This document shows positions 52,281 to 64,000 of a stretch of 64,000 bases of DNA, piece by piece. Origin of the DNA: Vicugna vicugna (lineage: Eukaryota); contig MU058387.1 of assembly GCA_013265495.1 (NCBI GenBank), positions 310,001 to 374,000 of the forward strand, in the 5' to 3' direction. Position 1 is the stretch's first letter; each line of letters opens with the position of its first letter. The notes under the pieces are model-generated. The model did not search any database. It was not told the origin of the DNA and saw only the letters and a list, made by a program, of their open reading frames with translations. Both the position numbers and the translations under genes were made by a program.

Positions 52281-54634
52281 GTTACCTTCAAGTCTCCAAT
52301 ATGGCCAGGAAGATGTTGCATGTAGCCCATGTAATTTCAATCATGGCTCGTGCCATAGGTTTATTTTTTTCAGAGCCACAAAGCTATTATCTGAAAGTAC
52401 CCAGTCTATCAGGCTGTTCTTTTCAGCTCCATTAAGTGATTGTCTGCTAGACAAGACATTTGTTCATCCTTTATTTCAGAATATCAGTATATAAAACCTT
52501 TCAGAAATTTCCTCTAAGCAGCTTAGGGGCTGCATTCAAAACTAGATTCTGTTTCACGTGTAAGTGATAAGAGAATTCAGAATCTGCTGAAAATGAAAAA
52601 AAAAAAAACTTTTAACCCGAAAATAATGGAAATCAAGTTGGTACATTGGTTGAGAGAAGAATAGATAGAACAATTTGCCTGAATCCCTGTATCCTTATAA
52701 CCACCCAATCATCTGATGGAAAGAGCATCAGGGGAAGAAAGTGATTCTTTGTGAATGATATTTCAGTGTTACAGCAGGAGTGCACCTTTGTGAATGCCTC
52801 CTTTGAGTTGACTTTGATAGGCTATGAAAAAAGAGGGTGATCTTCCATGTCCAGAAGAAACCTAACATAATGTTACAACCATGGTACTAAGGAATTTAAT
52901 AGTAATCTTTATCTTTGAAACCGTGACTATTACCTGAACTTGGAGGCAAGTTACTGAGGGAACACTGTATATCTGTCCAGTAGGATTTCAGCGGAATGGA
53001 CAATTTATTGAGCTTAAACACTTCTGCTGGAAACAAGAAACCACTGACCTGTCATTTCTGCTTAGAAGTTTTAGTTATGTAGAGGTACATCTGTAGTAGC
53101 TCATTAAAAATATTTTCTAACATTCTTTTCATTACCAACCTAACACACTAACTGAAATCAGTATCTTTTTGCCTCAATTATAAGGCAAAAAAAAGGACTA
53201 TGTCCTAATTTTTTTAATTACATGGGATTCTTTTGTTCCTCCTGGCATGGCTCCAGCTCCAAGAGATACTGGATACATCTTTGGTCAGTCTCCCTCAGCC
53301 TACACTGAAATTTTATATCATTTTTCTTGCAACCCAAGGGTTCCATAATTAGTACAAGAGCCAATGCCTTAATCTAGTGCTCTCTGGGAAATGGATGCTC
53401 AGTGACTGACTCACATGGCTCTGCCCACATTCATAACCAAGAAATAAAAGTGTAAAAATAAATCAACCAGATCTGGCCAACAGATGCAAGAACAGCTACA
53501 GAGACATGAGAGAACTGAAAGGGCCAGCTCCGGGGGTGTCAAACATCACTTCCACCCACAGGCTAGTGATTGCACCGTCTCTGGCTACACCTCATGGCGA
53601 GAAGGCTGGAAGGGGTGGGACAGCTATTCCCCAGGAGAAGGGAAAACAGAACTGGTGAGCTGTTAGCCAGTCTCTGCCAGCACGGCACTCTGTCATTTCT
53701 TTTCTTCAAAATAATCACTGGGTACCTAAGTACGGGCTGCTGATGCCAAAGATCCATTACTGAGCAGAACCAGCCAATTCTTCTCTTTCCTGAGAGCTCA
53801 GAACAAAAAGTGTAAAAATGGAATGAAGGCTTTCAGACTTTTGGATTTCAGCAACAAGTGAAATTGTGTAACATTTGACAAGGTTCAAAAACCGCTGCCC
53901 GCTGGGCCCGCAAACGTTCCATTAAAATGGAGAGAGCATTTTAACGATTAAATACAGGAAGAATCGAACCTCAGAATAAGGGCAGTTCTTGAAATTGAAT
54001 AAATTTAACTTTGTGGAAAAGCCACTATATTTATTTTAGCTTGCTGTGGATGAATGACACTTTATCATAGTCTGGCAACTTCCTATTTGGACCAACATCC
54101 CAGAGCCTCTCTTGTGACAGGTAAAATGCAGTCTTCCCAGTGGTCCATTGCATTTTTAGGCAACTCAGTTAAATTTTTCTATGGAGTTAACAGAGTTTAA
54201 GTGAAGAGTCTTTTTTTTCAATCTGAATAAACCATATGCTTGGAGCACTGAACAACTTGCTGGAAATAGTAATTTTTTATTTACCTCACTTACCACAGTA
54301 TGCCAATTATGGAGTCCTCTAGAACTTATTTTTTTGGTATAAATTTTTGTGACTCATATCCAGTCATATTGCTTCATGGTCAAAAAGGGTGACCTAAAAA
54401 GTTTTTTCTTTGACCTGTTTGTTGAGATTGACTTTGCTGCAAAGTTCATGATTAAATACGGTGAACAATCCATGGATGTTTAAAAAGGTTCTTATAGTAT
54501 GCTAATGATAAAAAACATTTACTTCTTCTCCTGCTCTAATACATGCTCCCATTGGAGGACTTTGTTTCCATACTCTATTGATTTTGAGTTTGGTCCAGTC
54601 ACCAAATTCATGGTTTATACATAAAACTTGTATC

Positions 54635-55290
54635 TTTTTTTTTTAGATTCTACATATAAGTGACGTTATATGATATTTGTCTTTCTCAGTCTGACTTATT
54701 TCACTGAATATAATAATCTCTAGGTCCATCCATGTTATGGCAAATGGAATTATTTCATTTTTTATGGCTAAGTAATATTCCAGTGTGTGTGTGTGTGTGT
54801 GTACATATATATATCACATCTTCTTTATCCATTCATCTGCTGATGGACATATAGGTTGTTTCCATGTCATAGCTATTGTAAATAGTGGTGCTGAAAACAT
54901 TGGGGTGCATGTGCATTTTCAAATTACAGTTTACTCTGGATATATGCCCAGGAGTGGGGTTGCTGGACCATATGGTAAATTTATTTTTAGTTTTTTAAGG
55001 AACTCCACGGAAAACAAATTGTGTTTACCAGAGGGGAAGCTGGTGGTGGGGGTGGTAATGATAGATTAGGAGTTTGGGATTAACAGATACACATTACTAT
55101 ACATAAAATAAGGACTTACTATATAAAACAGAGAACTAGATTCAATTTCTTGTAATGAGCTGTAATGGAAAAGAACATGAAAAGACAATATACATGTATA
55201 TATATGTATAAGTGAATCACTTTGCTGTATATGTGGAACTAACATTGCAAATCAACTACACTCCAATAAAAATAAGAATTAAAAAAAATA
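54635..55290 (+). mobile_element. L1 with 5' inversion (54635-~55007 antisense, ~55008-55290 sense 3'UTR and A-tail)
   Basis: Antisense ttctttatccattcatc...gatatatgcccaggagtgg joins sense gaaaacaaattgtgtttaccagagggg...caataaaaat. Confidence 0.9.
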
Positions 55291-55299
55291 AGTGTATGT

Positions 55300-55700
55300 A
55301 CTCTTTCTCTTGAATTTAGGTTCAGCCTTGTCTTATTTGGTCAATGAAATGCAGGTAGAAAGAGTGAGCTGGATGCAACATCAAGTCTTAAAAAGCACTT
55401 ATGGGTTTCCACCTGCCATTCGTGCTGCTACCACTGCCACAAGAAGGTACGCTAACTTGCCCCAGGTCCAAAGAGGCTGAGCGATGCGGGACTCAGACCT
55501 GACTCAAGATTCTAAGCTCAAGCAAGCTCATCCTAAGTCTGCTGACCACCAGCCAAGCTACACGTGCAGGAGATGAGTACAGCTGAGATGAACACAGCAG
55601 TGATCTGAAGACACATTAGGAATATGTGTTTACTTTTATACGGCACTAAAATTTTGGACTGGTTGTTAGGCATCAGCCTAACATTAGCTGATTAACATGG
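55300..55700 (+). mobile_element. Old MLT1 LTR
   Basis: ttggtcaatgaaatg...cactaaaattttggactggttgtta. Confidence 0.55.
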
Positions 55701-56732
55701 TGCTGCAATGCTATGTTTGTGGGGCCCAAAGTCCATCCATACATTAAATCAAATATACTGATGTGATATTTGCATTCTCTAATTATCCCCATCTATTTGA
55801 CCTAAAAGGGCTAAGAAAGCTATATAAAGATCTTAATTAGAGCTCAGAATCTTTCAAATGCACCTCACACTTCTAACAGTTTTTCTTTATGTATTTTTGT
55901 GCCCAAATATAATCTTTTAAAGGCTTTCCAAAGATTTTGGCCAATCCTAATTCTGTAAATGGCAGACACCCATCTAAAGAGATATAGTAATATTATTATC
56001 CAAAATTGCCTTCAGTGTTAATTGTGTGTTAACAGTCATTTTTGAAACACAAATACTGTGAGTAAGGGATAGAACTGAAATAATGAAGTTTCACAGAGTT
56101 TAGAAGGCAGATGGAAGATTTATTTTGAGATGTACAGTCTTTCAACATCAGTTCTCAAACTATATGAAATATGTGACCACTTAATTCATCTTTTGGGAGA
56201 GTCCTGATAAGGACATCTGAAGACATATGTGAAATGGGATAGCTTGGAAGGAGAAATGCATTTATTGGCTACAAGCAGAATTCAATTCTGTGAAGTACAT
56301 ATTGAAAACATGGGCATTAACAAAGCGTTGGCTGCTTTGTTTTTCATATAGACGTCTGTTTGCTTTGTGTGTGTCTCATTATGGCATTATAAACGAGAAA
56401 AAGGACTGTCCTTGAAATCAAAGCTAAAATTCAGTGCTACCACTTTATTTCCCTAGGTAGAGTTTTCTCTTCAGATCTGATTCTTATGATTTGATGCAAG
56501 TTGTCAAACATTTAAACTAGATATATACTATTTTTTTTCCCCAAACTGCTGTCTTAAATGTTTGAGAGTCTCTGTTTGTAGTCTTGAAATATTACCTGGC
56601 TCCTTGATTTGTAGTAAGTTCAACTTGTAGAGAAGCTAAGACATTCTACATGAATAATATCTATTAACACTTCCTACAATTAACCACAGTTTTCGCCTAA
56701 TAGAATTTTGGTTAAGATTTATTTTAGTTTCA

Positions 56733-56901
56733 CTGTATAGCACAGGGAAATATACACAAAATGTTATGATAACTCACAGAGAAAAAATGTGACAATGAGT
56801 GTGTATATGTCCATGAATGACTGAAAAATTGTGCTGAACACTGGAATTTGACACAACATTGTAAAATGATTATAAATCAATAAAAAATGTTAAAAAAAAA
56901 G
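56733..56901 (+). mobile_element. Young, very short L1 3' end with 19-bp TSD
   Basis: ctgtatagcacagggaaatatacacaaaatg...aataaaaaatgttaaaaaaaaa. TSD aagatttattttagtttca 56714-56732 vs aagattcattttagtttca 56902-56920. Confidence 0.93.
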
Positions 56902-58089
56902 AAGATTCATTTTAGTTTCAAATTATGTCAACACCCTATTTGTTTATAACAAAAAAGGATTATTAAAGGACTTGTTCATATAATTTCATTTGAACACAGA
57001 AAATATAGGTATTAGATGACTATGGCCCAAAACAGAACTACAAACTTGACCATAGGTCTTATAAATGGAACATTTATCTTGTTTTAGAGTCAAGCAAATG
57101 CTAGGAAGCAATGTTTATGAGTATGTAAAACTCCAGTTAACTATGTTCCCTGCTTGAGAAAATCAAACTTGTTTTTCTTATTAGCAAATTAACAGTCTTT
57201 TTTAATACTGTAATGCCATAATATGCTAATTTTTATTTCTAAATTTAGTCTTGTTTAAATATAATGGAGATGATTTTCCACTGGGCTTCTTTGTGTGGTA
57301 TGTAGCTCTTGAGTGTGGCAGCAATAACTTGGGACACTTGCATGGCATTTAGAGTTACTGAGGTGCACTTTTGGCCTGAAAATTATAGGTAATTCGGGGG
57401 AAAACTAGATCCAACCTTCTCTGTGGCCTGTGTCCAAACATCTTGTGTGAGAGAGTGTTCATTGATCACTACAAATTCTGAAATCTGTAACTTTTCCACC
57501 ACTGTAAGATTACATTACCTTTTCTCTTCTAGTTATGTTGGCAAATGATGGACTTCTCGTCAATGGAATACAAGTTGCATTCAAGGGATTAGTGAAATCC
57601 ATATCTCTTAAAATCAAATGTCTGAATCTTAAGTTAAATATAGATGATGAGAAATCTTACTCTGTCAAAAAATTGAGCTTTACACTTTGACAAATCTTGG
57701 CACGTTTTTAGAATTGAGTTTTGGGAGTTGAAATTGTTATTCATCAGGCAGTATTATTATCTAAATTATAGGATGAAAATTTCTCAAAATAATAGGAAAA
57801 TGGAAAGGAAATTTGGATAGTTCTAGGCCTAACCCATGAAAAAGTCCCGAGCCCTATCCTGCGTATATATTATACATTCAGTCCACTTGTGCTAACTCAT
57901 GTCGAAGCTGTCCGTTAAAAGTGATGGCGTCTCAAGAAGAAAGAAGCCTAAATCACCACTGGAGGAGAACTTATGTCAATTATGAACGTCCACGGTGACT
58001 CTGAACTTTGCATGAATAAGAAAGAAACTTGGTAGATTGTTTCCAAAGATGGTTACAAGAATCTCTCCTGTCTTTCATTGCCCATGTGC

Positions 58090-60230
58090 AGGTATACCAG
58101 TTATAAAAGACAATGCGAGGAGATTCCTTGTACATTTTACCATTTCCCCCATGGTAACATTTTGAAAGACTACCATGATATCACAGGCAGGATACTGATA
58201 TCAATACAATCTACCAATATTCTTCAGATTTCAACAGTTTTACTTGTAGGGGTGTGTGTGTGTGTGTGATTTAAGTTGTATGCAATTTATCATTTGTGTA
58301 GATTCATGTGACCACCACCACAGTGGAGATTCAGAACAGTTTCATCACCTCAGGGATCCCCAGGGTTGCCCTTTTATGACACACCCACCTCTCCTCTGCC
58401 AACTTTACCCCTAATCTCTGCAGCCACTGATCTGCCTTCCATTTCTAGATTTTGCTTTGTAAGAGGGCTTTGTAAATGGAATCATACAGTCTGTAGCCTT
58501 TTGGCAATGGTGCTTTTCATTCAGCATAATTCCCTGAAGATGGACCCAAGCTGTTACAGGTATCAATAGAGTCTTCTGTGTAGATACTTCTTTACTGCCA
58601 AGAAGTATCCCGTAGTGTGGCTACAACACAGTTTGAACATTCACCTGTTGAAGAACATTTGAGTTGCTTCCAGTCTTGGGCTCTTCTGAATAAAACTGGT
58701 ACAGACGGTACGGAGTCTTGTATGAACAGAAGTGTTCATTTCTCTGAAGTCAATGTCCAGAAGTGCAATCACTGACATATAGTAGCTGTATGCTTAGTTC
58801 TTTTTTAAGAAAGCACAAACATTTTTCGGAATGGCTATATCATTTTATCTTCCCACCTGCAATGTATAAGTGACAGAGTTTCTTTGAATTCTCACCATAA
58901 TTTGATGTTATCGCTATTTTGTCTTTTAATCATTCTGATAGGTATGCAGTAGTAACTCATACAGTTTTAATTTGCATTTCCCTGATGACTGATGGTATTG
59001 AACACTTTTTCATGTGCTTATTTGCTATATCCTCTTCAGTGCCCAGATGCAGCATCATTTGAGTGAAATGTCTATTATCATTGAGTTTTGAGAGTTTTAA
59101 AATATATCCTAGACTCTAGATCTTTGGTGGATATATGGTTTGCAAATATTTTCTACACATATATAGACTGTCTTTTCAAATTCTTCAGGCTTTTGCAGAG
59201 AAAATGTTTTCAATCTTGATGAGATCACATTTATCCAATTTTGCTTTTATGGATTGGGCTTTTGGTGTCGAATCTAAGAATTCTTCCCCAAACTTTTGTC
59301 TCAAAGATTTTTCTCATGTGTCTTTTCTTTTTATAAAATCAGTCTATGATCCATATTGAGCTAATTTTTGCATAAGGCATGAGAATTAGGTCAAGGTTGG
59401 TTTCTTTTTTTTTAACTTATGTATGTCCAGGTGCTCAACACATTTGTTGGTGAACCTATCTTTCCAAAATTGAATTGTTTTTGCAAGTTTGTCAAAATTG
59501 TTTGAGCGTATTTGGGTGGGCCTGTTTCTGAGTTCTTTATCCTGTTCCAATCATCCACATGCTTATCTCTCTGATGGTAACAGTGTCTTGATTCCTGTAG
59601 CTTTGTAATAAACCAGAATATCAAGTACAGTGTTTCCTCCCACTCTATCTTTCTTTGCCAAGATTGTTTTTGCTTTTCTAGGACCTGTGCCTTATCGTAT
59701 ATATTTTAGAATAAACTTATTTCTAAAAAAAATTCTTGCTGGAATTTTGATAGAAATTTTATTAAACCTATAGATATATCCAAGTAGAACTGACATTTTT
59801 ACCATGTTGAGTCTTTCAGTTCATAAATACATTTCTCTATTTCTTTATGTCTTCTTTGACTTCTTCCAATAGTAATAGTGCAATTCTTCAGCACACAGAT
59901 TCTGTATATGTTTTGTCCAGTACGCACCTAAGTGTGCCCTTTTGTTGGAGAGACATACATGGTAGTTTATTTTTAATTTTGGTTTCCACATGTACATTGT
60001 TAGTATATATAAATGTGATTGGTTTTTTCATGAGGATCTTGTGTTCTGCAACTTGCTGAATTTATTAGTTCCAGGAGATAATTTTGTAGATTCCTTGGGA
60101 ATGAATTTTGATACAGAAAATCATTTCATTTACAAATACAGACAATATTTCTTCCTTTTTCAATGTGTCTGCCATTTCTTTCTTTTTTTGTTGTATCAGA
60201 ATGGTTAGAATAGCCAGTACTCACAATGAT
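58090..60230 (-). mobile_element. ~2.1-kb old L1M (MB/MC-type), apparently inside an MLT1 LTR (pieces ~58030-58088 and ~60260-60425)
   Basis: ttaatttgcatttccctgatgact, ttgaacactttttcatgtgctta, gatatatggtttgcaaatattttct. MLT-like ends tggtagattg...aaagatgg and gcaatagataatcaaaca. Confidence 0.85.
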
Positions 60231-63179
60231 TGCCAAAAACAATGCTACAAAATGTGAATAGAACATTCTAGATCCTCTCCCTCCAGCCACAGAGAGCATC
60301 ACTGTGTCTTCCCATCTGAGACCTGCTGGAATTTTTGGCCCAAAAATGTTGAATGATTCAGTGATTGTTGCCTTAAGCCACAAAATCATGGAGTTGTTTT
60401 CTCCAAAGCAATAGATAATCAAACATGTTTATTTGTGACACTACTAAGATTTGTAATTTGTTACCTTGTCTAGTAATACCTTAACTCATGCTAAAGTCAG
60501 CAAATTTAAATTTTCCAAATTGAAGTTTTGATATAGATAACACAGTTCTGTAATATAAGCAGTGCTATGCATACATTTAATGATTTTTAAACACTTGATT
60601 CATGGCATTGATTAAAAATGCATTTGCTATAATCCCCAGATAATTTAAATATCTTAATTGTAAACTGAATGTGAATAATTAAAAAAAAACAAGTGTTATG
60701 GTAAATTTTCAAGTCCTGCATATTTGCTAATGCTTGGCACATTTCTGGAATTGAGTTTCAAGTGCTTAAATTAATATTGTATTTTAGGTAGTGACATTAT
60801 TATTATTTAAGTTAGGATGAAACTTCTCAAAATAACAGGAAAAAAATGGAAAACAAGCTCACCAAGTTTGAATGAGCAGGCAATCTATTAATCTCATGTT
60901 TCATAGAGTGGAAGTGTTGGAAAAAGGAGAGGACATGGAGAACTAGCATTCTAGTATTGTAGATACCACAAGCAAGGTTCCATAAGGGCTACTAATTCCT
61001 CAACTACAGAGAGTCCTTTTAGCTAGAACCAATCCTAGGGCCCAAGAAGGGGTAACACTCGAGAAGAACTCATGGGACCAGGGTTACAATTAGAAGTCTG
61101 ATATTGCTTACTTTTCCCCAGGTCACTTAACCATTTTGACCTGAATTTTCTCATGAGTCAAGCTCCTTAATTTTATGCTTCTAAATAATTCCCTCCTAAC
61201 CCCACAAAGGTCACACATCTTTAAAGGAAAAGATACAGAAACTAATCTGTCCATAATTTATGGGATATGTTGAAAATATCAAATGCTTTAGAAGCTTGCT
61301 TATTCTTTTACATTGACTACAATTCTTACCATTTAAAAACACTTTTTTTCCTCAAATACCCCAAATGTATATTTCAACTGTAATAAAATGTTAATGTCCA
61401 TTTAACCCATGGCATGATACCACCCATGTTTTCCAATTCTTTGTGTACCATTTGGGCCTTGTGTTCCAGCATCCTTGTAACGTGATAAAATGGATATAGA
61501 TCATCTCACCTAAGAAAATCGAGATCCATCTGTTATATTTTAAATGCATCTGTTCATCTGCTAAATCCATTTGTCAAATTCATTTAACAGAGATTTCCTC
61601 TAAGAACATAAAATATGTGAGAAAAAGAATTAAGACAGAGTCCTGTTTTACCAGATACCAGGGGAAAAATGCTTACCCAAAGCCAACTATTTTTGCAAAT
61701 GTTTTAAACATGTTTTTAATGTACTGTACCTGAATTGTATAAAGCATATTTAATCTGCTTTGAAAACTGTCCTCAATGCTAGAGTGAATAATTTTTTAGA
61801 TAATGCAAACTTTTTTTTAACTTTTATTTTTAAACATGTTTTAACTTCAAGGGTAAATTAAAATATTGTATTTAGATTTATGGAAGAGAGACAATGAATG
61901 GGAAGGAACATTAAGTCAACCTTCTAAAGGTAATAAAGACTTTCGTTAGTTTGAATTGGAAGGAATTTATAAAACATTATGTATTTAGTGTGAATGCCAC
62001 TTCCTCCACTTAAACATTGAGGTTTAGATAGGATGAGTACTCTATTAAGGTCCACAGATTTTCGGAGAAGATTGAGAAGTTGGGTCCAGAAGATACGAGA
62101 GGCAATGAAATTGACTGGCTGTTCAGATGATCATCTCTTGTACGTTCAGAAAATGACCTTCCCTCCTACACTGACACTGATCCCAGGAAGAACTTCTTTC
62201 ATGTTTTATCCAACTTTCTTAACATGACATTTAATCTGGACCAAATAAAACTCTTCATATCTTATCTGTCCCTGTTATTTGTCACAGCATACATGAATCT
62301 TTCTACCATTTATGAATAAAATAAACCATTCTATGCAACTTTCTGAACCTCACCTGTGCAATGGGACAATATTCTCTACTACCACCTTAAATTACTATGA
62401 AGTCTTTAATAAAAGAGTAAGGTATGTAAAATGACTAATAATGTCTACATTTGTCATATACAAATTTAAGGAATTATTTCTGATTCCCACAATTCACATA
62501 TCTACTTACCATCATTTTCACAATCTGGAAACTTTTTCTTATGCTCTTTCCTCTATTTGGATTAACCTCACTCAGTCCTTCTCTCTGTGTTTTCATCCAT
62601 GCAATTCTTACTTATCAACAAAGATCTAGCTCACCCGTGGCCTCCATCCATGGACCTTCTAATACCAGCCTTCTCCTCGCTAACACTTGCTTACTCCCTC
62701 CCTTGCTCTCCCATAGCACATGACTTGTGAGTCCCCATTAAATGCCCATCTTTCCCCCAGCCCCTGTCCTATAACTCCTAAATGGCAGATTCCTTTCTAA
62801 TTCATCTTTATATCACCGAAGTCCAGCATCTAGAAGGTATTGAACTATTTTCTGGAAGAAGAAAGTAAAGAATTCTATTACTAGGCCATTTTCTTATTTC
62901 TTATTCTTACTTTAAATTCTCCCCATGCTTTATGATGTGGTCTCTTGCCACCTCTTGTATCAAATAGGACATAACTTCTCAAGCAGGAAGAGAAAGGCTT
63001 TTTCTTGCATGCTCATAATATTCTATTTATAACTTTTATTGTTATTGCTGTAATTTAACCATCTCCTCCCTCCCCATGTTTCATGTCTTTTTAAATGTTA
63101 TAGTTCTAACCATAGGGATCCCAAATTCAAATGCCAAATGGGCCAGACAACTATGAAAATAAAATGGAACAGGGTGGTG

Positions 63180-63340
63180 TTATAACACTTAACACTTGCT
63201 TAACTTTGACTGCATTCCAGACACTGGAACCAATTAGCTCCTTTAGCCTCACACCAACCCTATGTGTTAGAGAATATTTTTTATCCCATTGAAAAATGAA
63301 CTAAAGCACAGTGAGTTTAAGTAACTTGCTGACCTGGAAG
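63180..63340 (-). mobile_element. MIR SINE
   Basis: cctcacaccaaccctatg...gtttaagtaacttgc...atttgaaccca. Confidence 0.7.
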
Positions 63341-64000
63341 AGGCAGAATTTGAACCCAAATAGGCCTGCTCCAGTATCTACACTCTTAGGCACTGGAATA
63401 AACAATGCTAGGAAGTGGACGAGTAGATAGGGGTGTGAGTTACTAAAAAGAAACACATGTTCTTTCGAAACTGCCCCTGGAAACTCACTGGCTTAATGCA
63501 ATATGTTATATTAATGGTCAAGCAAAGTCATGGTGGTTGGGTGTCTCCCCAAGTGACTTTTTAAGCCTATCCTAGTTTGACTAATAACCCACAAAATAAC
63601 ATCTTCTTATGAGAAAGCCAACCCTGTTCTGAGCTCAGGTGCATAGGGTGATATTGGTAAGGCACCAGCACAGTGCCCAGCCGTCTATCAATGCTCCCTT
63701 ATGTTGTATAAAACATACCATTGAGATTTCAGAGTTCGTTCACTCCTGTGAGTGAAATCACTCCCCTGTTCTTTCTGTCTTTGACATTCTTGATTCATAT
63801 CAAGTATTTAAAAAGTGTTGCATGAATAAATAAATGAAGGAATAAGTAAAAGGGGAACATATAAGTGTGAAGTGTCATTGGTAACGTCTACACTAAAATC
63901 CTTGCTCATTATTATTAGGATCAAATAATCTCCAGGAAAATCACATGCTCCTAGATCTAGAGGAGCACAATTTGCAAAAGACTTTAGAAGGAAAGATGTA

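Overview
Mammalian, AT-rich, repeat-dense genomic DNA, intergenic or deep intronic. The 3' ends of the youngest L1s look like camelid/cetartiodactyl L1s; this is from recall and was not searched. I find no intact protein-coding gene, RNA gene or CRISPR array. Nearly all ORFs in the supplied track are chance ORFs or L1 ORF2 fragments. The window is mostly L1 fragments of several ages (three with 5' inversions, several with recognisable target-site duplications), MaLR/ERVL LTRs, one ERV1-like solo LTR, MIRs, hAT-type DNA transposon relics and microsatellites. The stand-out is a GC-richer, apparently intronless, heavily decayed coding relic on the minus strand at about 6.75-9.2 kb. Its stitched translation shows four to five LOTUS/OST-HTH-like repeats that do not match TDRD5 or TDRD7 as I recall them, and it appears to sit inside a split ancient L1. 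It may be a retrocopy fossil of an unnamed, possibly lost, multi-LOTUS gene. Repeat family names and most boundaries are by-eye estimates.
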